Assembly: GCF_040938485.1 (NCBI RefSeq)
Contig: NW_027271282.1
Coordinates: 62,001-126,000, forward strand
Direction: 5' to 3'
Source of the DNA: Diadema antillarum
Lineage: Eukaryota
DNA length: 64,000 nt
Part shown: piece after piece, positions 33,826 through 47,175 of the stretch
How the letters are laid out: each line of letters opens with the position of its first letter
Numbering within the stretch: position 1 is the stretch's first letter
Translations under genes and position numbers: made by a program
Notes under the pieces: model-generated
Database searches by the model: none
Told to the model about the DNA's origin: nothing
What the model saw: the letters and a program-made list of their open reading frames with translations, nothing else

Positions 33826-36800
33826 ATAATACAAATATACAATTTAGTTTTATCTACTTTGGTATACGTCATGTCATCTAATTTTGTAATTGGTTTCCAT
33901 GTTTCGAATTATATCGTGTTGTTGTCGTGAAATATGGCGAAGCTGTCAATAAGACTGTAAGCTAAAATCTTAAGTAAACAAAATTTCGTCCTTGTCTTCT
34001 AACTTGAAGACAGTTGTGTGATATCAATGCTGGAGTTGGAGATATGTCAAACTCCTTTTGACGCCTGGAGGCATTTCAGAAAGCGTTTTGGTAGGATATT
34101 TTTCCTGACAAACTGTTACAAGCTATTGAAATCCTTGCATCTGATTGGCTGAGAGCAAATTTGTTCGACAACTTTGTCGGACAAAATGCTTCATGAGATG
34201 CCCCAAAGAAAATGAAATATGTGAAATTGCATCAGATTCTCAAGACAACAAGGTGGATTTCTTTCCATTGAATTTAGGTGGCTGTTCGTTGAAGACAACT
34301 GATTTAACATGCCTTTTACATTGTACACATTTTCAATGTCAGCATGGTCAGAGAGAAAGAAAAAAGAAAGTTGTTTGTTTTGTTTTGTTTTGTTTTGTTT
34401 TTTTGATGATGATAATGATGTTGTATAATTATAATGTCGGTCATATTTGCAAGGCGGGTCTTTCTGCTCAAACTTCGCTCAGAAAATTAGGACCTAATAT
34501 TTTATAAGCCCGGCAGTGACAAATGATTAAAAAAATAGATAAAAGTCTGGAAAGTGTTTTTATGTGTGTGTTGTAATATGAAAACTATTTTTTGGTAGAT
34601 CTAATTTTACAGGGATGTAGATTAAGAATTTGCGAATACACATGAAAACAGAGAAACAAGAAATTGATATGTTTATATAACGTGAGAGGTTTTTCATTTT
34701 GAAATGAAAGTAACTTTGAAAAAAGTATAAGCGTCAGTACGTGGCAGAAAAATCTAAATACTCTTCGTATAACATGTGTATCCAGTCTATTGTTCGAAAA
34801 TGAAATCCAACTGAAACTGGATTGGTCAAGTCAATTCACTTTGTTATTTGTAAACACTACACAACTTAGTGGGAAAAAAAGTTGGTCAAGATCGACCAGC
34901 TGATTTTGCTATAACACACGAGTATACTCGGGACTTGTCTTCAACGAGTTAAAATGATGTGTATCAAATTTTCAATGCATTTGTGTATACGTCTTGTACA
35001 TGAGTACATGCATGGCATGAGTGAACGTGTGTATTCTTTTTATTAAACTTTCCACACTCATACTAATGCATTCAGAGTTACCATGGTTACGCACATTGAA
35101 TAATAACAAATGTGCTTACATTGTACACTCATAACTACATACATACCTGCATACAGTCATACGGACATACTTTTGCACATGCTGACATACAATGTACACA
35201 TACACGGTTCACGAAAATAGAAAAAAAAGAGACTCAAATCAAACATACAATAATCATTCAGATAAGAAAGCAGAAAAGTGTTGACATACGTGATCAATTC
35301 TCAAAAGAAGTCTTTACTGCATGATTTCGTTTTACTATGACAATCCAATAATCCTATCGCAACGAGACTAAAATCATAATCACTCCTTTTATTTCTATTT
35401 CAATTACACTCAATTTCCATCAAACAAAAACCACTCACGCCTAAACTTGGTATGCTTTCAAATTCAAATTCAAAATTATTCCGTTTTTCCACAATAAGAT
35501 ATAACATAACATGTACATCACACTTTCTTCAACGGTAGAAGTCGTATCAAGAAAACAATGTGAGTTTAACAGAGCAAACAGTACTTGTATACTTACAGTA
35601 AAGATACAATGTCTGAAGTAAAATGAAATAAAGTGAAATATCAACGTACACAAGGCAGAAAACGGAGGGAACCACTGAAAAGACAAAGCTTGTAGAGTGC
35701 GGGCCCCTCTTTTATCCATCAGTGCTCTAATAAACTAGTTGAAAATAGAAGGAAAGGAATTTGTTTCCTTTTTAGACCTGTAAATCACACTTGTGGAGTT
35801 TTCACGTAACTGTCCTTAAGGCCATGACCGAACGTCTCTTCCTTCAGCAATGAATTAGATACAGCAGAATGACGGTCTAATTCTAAAGAGCAGGCAAGAT
35901 GTAAAGACCCTTATCTCATAAACACACCTGCTGTTATCAGTGGTTATTACCCATATTAGTCCACATGCATTCAGCATCATTACGTATTTACATGTACGAA
36001 GTTTCATTTTTTCTTGACAACTTTATTTGCCTTTAAAGTGTACACTTTGATGTGTTAGTCTCATATTCCTCTTCGTGTGATGTGCCAAGCTTCGCAACTA
36101 ATAAAAAAGGGCTTTTCATATGAATAATAAATCACTTAGGTATAAAAGACATACAGCGTTATGATTTGTAGAAACAAAAGCTTAACTTGGTCCACAGTCA
36201 ATATGATATCCCTGCATAAGTTCTACCTGTATACTCGTGTACATTATGCCTACATTTTCCCGTCTTTCTAATGTTTCAATAATCCGTGGTTCTAGATCAA
36301 TAAAATGGAACATCTATGTCCCATGTACTGATAACTCTAATACTGTACTGTCACATCCGTCAGTTAAATGGTTGTCTTTGTTGGCCGAAATGACACATCT
36401 CTGAATATTAAACGATAATTTCAGTTTTTGCTTCATCTCATAGGAAATATATCAAAAAAGACAGAAGAGAAATGATTTGGATATCAGTACAATAGATAAA
36501 TCTGTCATTTAAGATGTAAAACTTCTCAGTATACATAGAGAGACAGGTAATATCTTTCAGAAGTTCAGAGTTTTAAAGTTCGCTTGTATCCATAATTTCA
36601 CCAGCAAACCATTCAAAATACTATTGTAAAAAAAAAAATCTGAATGAAAAGAGTGTCCATTTCTTCTAAGTTAGCTTTATGAGGAATCGTTGTTTAACGC
36701 TCACGGGGCCACTTGGTATTGTTGTTTCCACAGTACAAACCGTTCACACAAAGACTCATTTATTTCAATTAAGATCCCTCTAGCCAGTTGATCAAATAAA

Positions 36801-37125
36801 GTTTTTTAACCACAAACCTGTCCTTCTGTAGCTCTGCTTTAAATTATTTCAATGTAACTACTGATCAGCATTAAAAGAGATCTGAACAAGGATGATGGCA
36901 AAGAACCGAAGGGGAAGAAAGAGACGATGATTCCAACAACAAAGAAGGACAGATAGAAGAAGGAGAATAGGGTAAGGAGGAGAAGAGAACGAAAACAAAA
37001 ATGTACAAGTGAGCAAATTCGTAGCATTTGAAAGGGAAGTAAGAGGCAGGATGAAAAAAAAAAGTTGCTTTAGAAGAAACTAGAACAGGAAGTAGAAAAA
37101 TAAGATCGAAAAAGACTCTACCTCT

Positions 37126-37262
37126 TCAGAAGATGATAATTTTTCTCTTATTCATCACCACGGTCGCACACGTCATCATCGATATGAGCAACACGACAAC
37201 GAGTAGGGCGTACGTGGTCGACGGCTGCTGAAGAACTCCACGACGAGGACCAGCAATCGGAC
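37126..37262 (-). CDS. Paralog B terminal TM exon (...VVMNKRKIIIF*)
   Basis: ttacag acceptor; inside ORF 37126..37392. Confidence 0.8.
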
Positions 37263-37448
37263 CTGTAAGCCAGACCCAAAATGGAAAAAAAAAGAAGACG
37301 GCATCATTAAGACAAAACACACAGGGAAAAAGTTTGTCAAAGGTTAAACAACCAAGGCCCATTGCTCTTTTATTTAATGTCATGTGTCGCACATATTTTG
37401 ACCTTTAAAGCAATCAGGTCCAAACATAAAAGAAAAAATACGGCATCT

Positions 37449-38701
37449 TTAAAGGACAAGTTCACGCACAGACATGTGGAATGAGAGAATGCAGCAATAT
37501 TAGTAGAACAGATCAGTGAAAGTTTGGGGAAAATCGGACAATCCGTTTACAAGTTATGAATTTTTAAAGTGTTTGCTCAGTCACTGCTGGATGAGAAGAC
37601 TACTCAGTGTATGATGTCATATGCGTACAACAACATAAGAAAATATAATGAGAATTTGACATATTTTTATTTTTTGAAAAAAAGTTCAAATTTCCTCGAC
37701 TTGTCACCGACGTAGGTTAAGGGTAATATTATTCCCCCTGCCTTCTGAAAGAGGCAAGTCCAGAGTTTTTTTATCATGCGAGAAAAGTGAAAATATGTTG
37801 AATTTTTTAATGTTTTTTTCATATCGTTGTACACATGTGACATCACAAGCTGTAGTAGTCTTCTCATCCAGCAGTGACCGAGCAGAAGCTTAAAAAATTC
37901 ATAACTTTTGAGCGGGTCGTCCGATTTTCTTCAAACTCTCACTGATGTGTTCTACTAGTATTGCTGCATTCACTCAATCCACATGTCTATGAAGGTGAAC
38001 TTCAAATTCATGATTTTCTTCCGTCGAGATGTTTTCATTGCAACTGATTGACAAATTGCCCTACATCGACGTAAATAAGCACTGAATTGATCAGTGTCTT
38101 AGTAGTAGCCATGATAAAAAATTCATGGGCGTACATACTCGAAAAAAAACATCTCGACGGAAGAAAATCATGAATTTGAATAACAAAGCAGTACCCGCTG
38201 CATGCTATAAGGATTAGAACCAACACTTGCTTTCGGGCGAAAGCTCGGTGGTCTAGTGGAGATGACGCCTGTCCGGTGATCAGGAGGTCGTAGGTTCAAA
38301 TCCTGCTCGAGTATGTACGCCCATGAATTTTTTATCATGGCTACTACTAAGACACTGATCAATTCAGTGCTTATTTACGTCGATGTAGGGCAATTTGTCA
38401 ATCAGTTGCAATGAAAACATCTCGACGGAAGAAAATCATGAATTTGAATAACAAAGCAGTACCCGCTGCATGCTATAAGGATTAGAACCAACACTTGCTT
38501 TCGGGCGAAAGCTCGGTGGTCTAGTGGAGATGACGCCTGTCCGGTGATCAGGAGGTCGTAGGTTCAAATCCTGCTCGAGTATGTACGCCCATGAATTTTT
38601 TATCATGGCTACTACTAAGACACTGATCAATTCAGTGCTTATTTACGTCGATGTAGGGCAATTTGTCAATCAGTTGCAAAGAAGGTGAACTTGTCCTTTA
38701 A
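37449..38701. mobile_element. TTAA-TSD MITE carrying a SINE-derived insertion in its right TIR, specific to B
   Basis: ttaaaggacaagttcac...ggtgaacttgtcctttaa; empty TTAA site in A at 481-484. Confidence 0.85.
38003..38680 (+). mobile_element. tRNA-derived SINE insertion: inverted partial copy plus two tandem 268-bp units, 12-bp TSD
   Basis: tRNA-like heads at 38243-38312 and 38511-38580 with A box TGGTCTAGTGG and B box GGTTCAAATCC; gaaggtgaactt at 37991-38002 and 38681-38692. Confidence 0.8.
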
Positions 38702-39007
38702 AGACAGAATGCACAGGGGAAAAAAACCCGCTTGTCAAAGATTAAACAACCAAACCCAGACCATGATGCCACACATACGTCATAACATTTGCCTTTTTAA
38801 TGTCATGTATCACCATGGTGATATTTAGAATTTCATATTGATGCATTCAATGTGAGTAGAGATAAGAAAGGCGTGCGTCAAGTCGGCAGTTATGCATCCA
38901 TGCTTTCTGGCATATTTCGTTACATATTTTTTACGCTTTCTCTCTAGGTTGCAGGAAACAAAATGGCAGCTTTATGCAAAAAAAAAAGTAGATGAAATAG
39001 ATAATAC

Positions 39008-39307
39008 CTTTCTCTGAGTCGAAAGTCGGACAATGCTCGTGACTGGTGAAGGTCCAACCAATCCCGTTCGTCCCCGAGCACGTGACATTGATGCACCTGT
39101 TGTGTGGACGTGGTCTGAAGACAGCTGAAGCGTAGCTGGACGTGGAGAGCGTGGCGTTGTCGACTTCGATGGCGTATGTGTGAAGGTGTGGGAACGGCTG
39201 GTCATTAAGACTAACGTGACACGTGATGACGAGAATGACCTGACCTCCTTCTCCATTGATCTCTTGGATCTTGATGGAGAGAATGTTACTCGCTGGGGGC
39301 GCTTGAC
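39008..39307 (-). CDS. Paralog B exon Y2 (atypical Ig-like)
   Basis: ctcag acceptor and G|gtatta donor; 300 nt; ORF 38931..39323. Confidence 0.8.
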
Positions 39308-40143
39308 CTGAGAAAGCAAGCATAAAATCAGTCCTTTTGACTTTTTCCCTTCGTCAGTTGTGTCTTTAACATCCAGAAAGATTGCATTTTCGCGCAGCGG
39401 TATATAAAAAAACCCCAACAACAACGTACAAACAAACAAACAAAAAACGCTGGAAGGTGAAAATCAATTCTAGGCGAATTATAACCATAAAATCATAAGT
39501 GAGACTCGTCATAAATGTTATATCCTCGTTAAAGGAGTAAATAAATGGATTGTCAGTGATAGTCCTTACAGCGACTGCACTTGTTGTAGTAGCAATACGT
39601 TGAACATTTAAAAAGCAGTCATGCATGTAATACAATGTATCAGAGACACTCATTCACGCACAAGCACTCTTCTCCATGTTATAGAAGTATTGATATTATA
39701 TTTATAACACATGATCATATTAATACCAACTAAATACTGTTAGCATTTTCTTTATTTTAGCACTGCCAAAACCTGTCGCCACTAACGTTCATGTATCATT
39801 CACCAATAAGGAATGTTATCAACGAAAATACTACTATCTTATCAGAGCAGGAATTAAAGTACTTTGTTAGACGGTTAAGACGGATGTAGTTTCAAATGAA
39901 TTTGTATATTTCAAATGAATTTTTTTTTTTAATTTGGTGAAACAATAAAGTGTATTCGAAGTGAAATGGATTTTTTTCTTGTAATGATCAAAGGGGGATT
40001 TGGAAGCTTTAACCTTTTCTGTGCTTTGTGTATCAATAAAATAAGATGCCAAAAAAGAAGACACCACGCTGATTCATGAGCTATCTAATGTCAATGACCA
40101 CAATAACGCAAAACTGGTTAGCTATCATAGATTATTGTCTTAC

Positions 40144-40422
40144 CACCGCTTCTTGGACAGTAGTTCACTGTAGTGGTTGTCCTACCGATGTCGTTGATAC
40201 CGGTGCAGGAGATTTCAACGCATTTACTCGGAATGGACTCAAGGGTCACGGAAGGGGAGCTTGAAGATGCCTGAATGACGTCATCAATTGCAATCTCGTA
40301 TGTTCCCATTGGTGGAAATGGCTGGTCACGTGAGTTGACGTGACACGTTATCCTTAGGCCATTGGCTCCTTGTCCGTCCTCGTCAGCGATCTTGATCCAG
40401 ATGATATCTTCTGCTGGAGCGT
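40144..40422 (-). CDS. Paralog B exon X1 (atypical Ig-like)
   Basis: gacag acceptor and G|gtaaga donor; 279 nt; ORF 40118..40429. Confidence 0.8.
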
Positions 40423-41146
40423 CTGTCACGTGGTGAAAGGCAGACGATCGAATGATATAGCTCCTTCTTATTGAGATATACTATCTTCACACAACCACAC
40501 ACACACATGATAATAAATACTATTATCATATAATTAATAAATGCATTATAAACACACCTTTATCAAAATAAAAATCTACATAATACACGACAATGATTAA
40601 AAAACAAGGATTCGGTGTTATTAGTGTGGTAAAGCATAATCACACTGTTTTGTACTTGTATTGCTTCAAAAATAAGCAAACTGTGAATGTGATGTTGAGC
40701 GTCAACCGATATACCCGTGAAAGCATCAACAAAGAAGATTGTAAGCTGGGTAAATAATTATATAGTAGGGTTTGAAAGTTCATCTTAAATCACCCAAGTT
40801 GACATACAGGTGAGATTTCCAAATTCGTGTCTTGCTAGGCCTACTACAATGGCAGTAAGGTCTTTTTTGATACACAGGTGTTCTCTCTCCACCTATATAC
40901 ATGAGAATTAACCATTGTGTATGCTTTGCTATTGTAGCTATCTCGAAACAATAGCTGCAACTAATCTCAGGGATTTTATGTGAGTATGACGTCATCGTAT
41001 GCCTGCAAAATATCGTAGCTTTCCTCAGGACATGCTCACAGAAAAGTCACCTAGTGGAGAGGATGGTGAATGTTTAGACATAGAAATTGCACGCGCCGCA
41101 TGTTCCAATGCCTATGGAGTTAGATACTCGACAAAAGTGTACTTAC

Positions 41147-41335
41147 GCTGCACTTGCAAGTTTCGGGACCTTTCGCTGCCAATGAGATGACACTGAAGGA
41201 CGCCCCCATTGTCAGCTGCAGTTGGAGTTAACGTCAGGTTGCTACGAACGTTGTAATATGTGAAATAATTGAAACCGTAGCCGAGACCCGAGTTAATAGA
41301 CTCGTTTGCATACGTAGCAACAGCATTATCGCTTC
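41147..41335 (-). CDS. Paralog B Ig C-terminal-half exon (GSDNAVATYANESINSGLGYGFNYFTYYNVRSNLTLTPTAADNGGVLQCHL...)
   Basis: Same splice sites and length (189 nt) as A 6800-6988; open frame. Confidence 0.8.
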
Positions 41336-41956
41336 CTTTGGATGAGAAACAGAGAAAAAAAAAGACATCAACAAAGAGAATGGAGTTTAAGTAACATTGG
41401 AGATAACATCAAAAGACTGACGATTGTATGTATATCATTAATAAAAACAAAGGCATACAGACTGAGTAAAATCTTGAGTGAGTCGTAAAATTAATTCGAA
41501 ACAGCATTTGTCATTGGATCTCGCTTCCTGTTCGGTGTATTTCATAGTATATATTTGCAATCATGTGTAGTTTTCAAAAAGCTGCTCCTTAAATGCTCAT
41601 TTTTCTTAATTTGTTATTGTTTGATACCGTAATTAGAAAGCTCCTTGTGTCAAAATCAGAAATCTATTTGAATTTGGCTGTAAGAAATCAACATAATTAC
41701 TATTCTTATATGCGATACTATGAAATAGATCTACCTCCACCTTTCCCCCCGGTAACACGCTATTAGTATTTGCTTATCTTTGGGTAGATATATTTTTTAG
41801 ATAAAAAGTTAAGTCGTTTGTATAGATTAAACGGTCTGGCAATTTCCAAAATAATGGTTTCTTTGTCACTTATCTAGTATATCCATAATATCAGCCATTC
41901 CACTTCGCTATGCATGCAGTTGAAAATAAACACGTAAATTAGTGGAGCAAACTTAC

Positions 41957-42265
41957 GGTCTCCCTCACACCTCACTCCTGCGTCTTCACTATGATCACAA
42001 TTGTGACATCCCCATGGCAGACGAGGGCAATCAGTCAGAGAGTTTTCCCTTCCAGCACAGGCAACGTCGTCAAGCCAGATAGGTCCAGATCCCTGCCCAA
42101 AATGGCCTCCCCCATAATGAGCTGAGGCGGATGAGTAGCCAAGCTCTCTGCAAACGACGTGCGCGTCGTTGATATCCCAGCTATCGTCACACACCGTGCC
42201 CCACTGCCCGCTACATGATATCTCGACCCGCCCCTCTCTTTCCTCCGATCCACCAAACAGCCTCA
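41957..42265 (-). CDS. Paralog B SRCR exon
   Basis: ORF 41874..42266; tacag acceptor and C|gtaagt donor; 309 nt. Confidence 0.93.
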
Positions 42266-42852
42266 CTGTAAATATACATGACGTGTGGTTTAATTAGCAT
42301 AGTTGTGTATACAGACTATAACTATGAAATTTTGTATGTACTCAACTCTCGAAACCAAACAAATCATGAAATGATAATTATGCACTGACGTGAATTATCA
42401 ATTTTTAACCCATTATCTAGCGCGGGCAATGTATATATGTTTGGTAATCATGTTCATGCTTCTTTGAATATTTGCATATTTGCACGCATTATGCGAACTA
42501 TTATCAGAATGTCATAATAATTATGTAAGACTAAAGTCACATTGCCAGGTCTTTCTGTATACGTAAGGATCAACACATAACAAATTCTGCATAAGTGTAT
42601 TAAGTGTTAGTATTCCGCACAAATATTGTTTTCTGTATTATTTTTGAAAGCATTGTCCGAAGTGATAATAAAAGATAAAAACCGATGTTAAAATTTCTAT
42701 ATCAAATCTTCCTGTTACTAGCATATTGTCGATGAGCCTATTGGCCTTGTAGGGATAACGGCGAGGACTTCACCATTGATGAAAACAGAGGATCTTGGTC
42801 CTTTGTTAGCCTGGAAAGGTATTTCCCTGAACGGCGGTAAGTGTGTACGCAC

Positions 42853-42861
<9 letters not shown>

Positions 42862-42938
<77 letters not shown>
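42862..42938. repeat. (CA)n microsatellite
   Basis: Read directly. Confidence 0.95.
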
Positions 42939-42941
<3 letters not shown>

Positions 42942-43393
42942 TCAATAACACATACAAAAACGAAGAAAAAAAAAACTAAACTTCTCATTTCCATACTCGT
43001 GTTCATGTGACTCGTTATCGGAGGAGTAAGTCACCACTGACCCAATGAGCGAGTACTAAAACCAACATGCCAATTTATAGTAGCCTTTCTTCATTTTTTT
43101 GGGGGGGTACTTTCCACGTTGCACTCTTTTTACCTTCGTTTCAATCCAGCAACGTGGTTTTCCAAGGAGAAAAAACTTATTAGATACGAACGATCAACTG
43201 TTTTTGAGAATTGAAATTCAGACACTGTCAGATGAATGTAATTAGGTGTGTCGACGCACATACATTGGTGTCTCCTTTAACTCTAACATAATATAGATTG
43301 TACTTGCATTCATTGTGTGTGTATGTGCGCTCTTGTGTGTGTATCTGTGTGTATTTTGGAACATTTTCAACTTATCAAGCTGCATGTACTCAC

Positions 43394-43516
43394 CCGCATA
43401 TCCGGGACACTCACTTTCGCGGCAAGTACCGCTGTCGCAGTAATAACTATTAGTGTATCCACTGTACTCCTTGACTTGGTCTGCCTCTGTCGGGCAGAGT
43501 TGCTTTACCCCTGTCC
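43394..43516 (-). CDS. Candidate Cys-rich micro-exon of paralog B (TGVKQLCPTEADQVKEYSGYTNSYYCDSGTCRESECPGYA)
   Basis: taag acceptor and G|gtgagt donor; 123 nt, phase 1-1, open, four Cys. Confidence 0.4.
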
Positions 43517-44702
43517 CTTATGTATCAGATTTCATCAATTACATTAACGATATCACTCATTAGTGCATGAATGGAAAAATTAGGATGAAATCTCCCTCAA
43601 TACTCGACTGCAATAACAGGAATGTGGGAAATGACATAACGCATTAACAGTATACAAGAGTAGTAAAAAGCCCTCTTTATCACTTCCGTCTGACTATGAT
43701 TTAACACCTGCTGGCAAAATCAGTCATTAGTAATAAATCCTGTCTTGATACTTTTGTTCAAACCAGTGATCACCATTTTTAGCATTCTTCTACCCCTTTA
43801 GCAAAACTTACGAGATTAACGTGATAAATTCGATTAAATCAAAAATATACCCTGGTGGTTGAAAGGGGAAGAAAATACACCTACATAGACGACTTTGATA
43901 TGGAGATCATTTGAATATTATTTTTTGTTCAACCAAAAGTTGTATGTAATTCACAAATTCAGAATCATTTCTCAACATGTACATACTGCGCACTTTCTAA
44001 TTGATTAGAAGTAATTCTAATGCGGGCCTTCTACCCGCACACGTAGAGTAGACGTTATGTCATGCAGTGCATTCGTCTTACAGCACTTTCTGTCCCTGGG
44101 TATAAAAAGTGAGTCATTAACACAAAACTACACAACTTTAGAAGTTATTTCAGCCAAGGTAAGATTGATAAAGGATCATATACGGTGCCTTCTCTGTAGC
44201 TTTAGAAAATGCTTCCCTTAACTGGTGCTAAAAGCCTACTCTTCGCGATTTACATCAAGTCGGCAAAAGTTCACATCCGTTTCCAAAGTCCTTTGCTTTT
44301 ACCTTTGTGTCTTCCATGTGGTAAATATCTTTGTCACCAAACATATTTCAACCAATCAAAACTCTGGTGTCTTCTAAGGAGATTGCATATACAAGTATAT
44401 GCTGCTCGATAAGTACATCATGTTATTTCTTGCCTATATACTTATTTTCGCCTGTGCAGAGATCTTTTTGGACTTCGAAACCACACGTTTACACCATGTA
44501 CAAGATTCCTCATATAACCCTTACAGCCATAGGGCAGAAAAATTCTGTCTTTCTACTCAAGTGATTTCTATTTTGTGCACCAATCGGCCTGTCTTTAAGG
44601 TACTTTATAGTTTTTATATAGTCATATACCTTCACGGCATACTATTCATTGGCTATTTTGTATTCCAATTTCATGTTACTATTTGTTGCGGTCAGCCTAC
44701 TC

Positions 44703-46538
44703 AATAGATGGTCCAAAATGAAAGCCTCCAAGTCTGTCTAATGACTCTCTTGGAAGTATGTACCACCATGCCTTCAAATAATCACATTCATCATGCTTAC
44801 CAAGTTGAAATAGGTTGCAAATTGTGTGCTGGTCTGCTCAGGGATTCTTGTGGAAAGGTTGCCGAGTTAATCCAACGATAATAGTGTTCTTAGCGTCGTA
44901 AAATCTGCTGGTTTTGGTTTGCTGACTTGATTGTCGGTGAAAGGTCATATCCGATCGAGATGCTCATTGGGTTGCGTACACTCTGTGTGGAGAGAGCGAT
45001 GCGGAGTGGGCGTGAACAGTAAGTCAAATCTACCATACAAAGTTTGTAAAAAGAATGGATAATTCCCATTAAGACAATTGTAAGTATCAAGAAACACTTC
45101 AACGACTTTCAAGGTTGTTTAAATTATCAAATCTGTGACATACGAAACTTTCCAACTTGCCAAATCACGCCCATTGTGACAGTGCTAATAATTTTATTGT
45201 CTGATTTTTTTGACATGACAAGATCTCTATTGATATCTGTTTCTCAAAGAAGACGAAAGTGTCTGCTCATTTCAGTATAGTTTTAGAGCTGTTTCTCCCA
45301 TCCGCGATATCTACCATTATCATTTTGGCATTATACATTTTAATGAGTTAATCTGAGGCATTTCATTACAGAAAAGATAAATGACTAAAGGTATTTCAAA
45401 TTTCTGTGTCCTATCTAGGCACACAGTCCTTAAGATGCCCGTTGAAAGCTCGAGATTTTCTGCCCTTTTACTCTAGTCGACTCTGATGCTTGCATGACAA
45501 ATCTTGCACTCATTATTTCGGAAATCCGTCACACTTATGTTGTCAAAAATATGTCCATGTGTAAACGATCTATTTTTCTTTCCATTCTGAGTCATACCAT
45601 GCTTAATAAAAGAAACATGTATTCCACAGATGATGAAATTTCAGTCTCGGTGTAGCACTGTGTGAAAGGTGACTTCCGTCTGAGGTTTCTAGGACCAGAT
45701 TTTGAAGAGCCCTCAATTTCTGTCACAGATATCGTTATGTTGACTGACAGCAACATTTACAAATTTGTCTTTTACTATAGATTCACTTCACATGAGTGTA
45801 TATAACACAATGCGAGAAAAGAAAAATCATTCTAATGTCATTTTCAGTGTTATATTTAGCAAGTGCCACGTCCAGAAATTACTATATCCCCGATAGTGAT
45901 GAGCGTACACACAAACAAGAGCACACACAGAGAAACACACACGGAAGAACATGAATATCAGACATACCAGAGCCATACGTATAAATCACTTGTAATGTAC
46001 AACAGCATTAAATGTATATTCTCTTTCTCCCTTAATCATGCTTATTGTAGGTGATGAATGATATAGTTATATTGGCAGGCTTTGCATTATAATTATAGAC
46101 ATTGTCCCTTGAGATAACGTCTGAATTCACTGACATGTCTTAAAGAACAATATAAACTGATTTTCTTGATACTTTGATAAGAATGATTACAAAAGTTATA
46201 TATTCGTCATGATAAATATGTATTTCTTTTAAAATAGTAGAATGATCACTCTACTGCAAGTCAAATAAGTTTGCTGCAAAAATGGAATGAATTCAGTTTG
46301 GCATTGGGCCAAAGCTTCTTGCTCGCGCCGAACAGAAAGGCAGAAAATGACAGCAAAATTGAAGCATGAAAGTCTTTGTTTTCACTCTGTTTCGACTTTT
46401 GTCATGCAGTAAATTAACTGATTAGATTATTTCAGGTGAGTGCTTCAAATCCCGATGATGGTATATTGATATGCCATTAATTCTTAAGTTCTCGTCTTTT
46501 CTATATATATGTTTTGCTAAAGTCATAAATGTCTATAT
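44703..46538. other. ~1.8 kb unclassified insertion at the 3' end of the paralog B Ig N-half exon
   Basis: Both flanks are contiguous in A (10095-10105 and 10119-10130) apart from ~13 nt lost; no TSD or clear protein homology recognised. Confidence 0.75.
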
Positions 46539-46703
46539 TTCGGCTGGCTTCGCTGGTGGTGATAAAGCCGTCTGTGATTTGGACGCCATTCAAATACCAT
46601 GTTAGAACAGCCGACCCGTGGATGTCATATCCGGAGCACACTGCCGTGTCTTCACGGCCAGCCCGCAGAGGAGAGGGAACTTCGAGGTTCATCGTCATGG
46701 CAG
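46539..46703 (-). pseudogene. Paralog B Ig N-terminal-half exon, donor lost; reads into the insertion and stops at 46501-46503
   Basis: AAMTMNLEVPSPLRAGREDTAVCSG...LTWYLNG (ORF 46501..46785); no GT between the homology end and the stop. Confidence 0.65.
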
Positions 46704-47114
46704 CTGAAAGAACAATATCAGAAAAGGATTGATGATGAAATACGAATGATAGACATGATGGAGTGAGTCTTATTTCGTTTCCCAAATATGAATATTACAC
46801 AAAATAGGGGAGGAAGGAAATGATTAGAATTAATTAATTATTGCGTATTATGCAAGGGACAGTTATCTGTGTATCCTGTCGATTCATTAAAAAATATACA
46901 ACTAACAAAGACAAGGACGCTGTATTCATAGGACATTGTGTCAATAAATCATATTCACTCCCAGTCTCATAGTGCTGTATGATTTTCCCTTTGTCCCATT
47001 TCCCAGCCATTTCATTGCTGCTTCTCATGTTGTAATTTGTCAATAAAGATCCATTTCAATCTATCATGTAATACTGCAAAATGATAACCAGACTAAAACG
47101 GTCGTGCTCCTTAC

Positions 47115-47175
47115 CACCATGATGAATATTTATGAGAAGAATCCCAACGGAAACCAACGCCTGGCAGTCCATCAT
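47115..47175 (-). CDS. Paralog B signal-peptide exon (MMDCQALVSVGILLINIHHG)
   Basis: AAAATG start and G|gtaagg donor; homolog of 10688-10748. Confidence 0.75.

Noticed and set aside
38243-38312. Functional tRNA gene (two copies)
   Set aside because: The anticodon loop lacks U33, stems have mismatches, there is no oligo-T terminator and it is embedded in a 268-bp repeat, so it is a SINE head.
42718-43006. ORFs with CV/HT/YI repeats here and at 28472-30032 and 33742-33930
   Set aside because: They are translations of (CA)n and (TA)n microsatellites.
44890-45110. Penelope RT remnant in the B insertion (FLDTY...TLY in one frame)
   Set aside because: The similarity is too weak and fragmentary to support a call.
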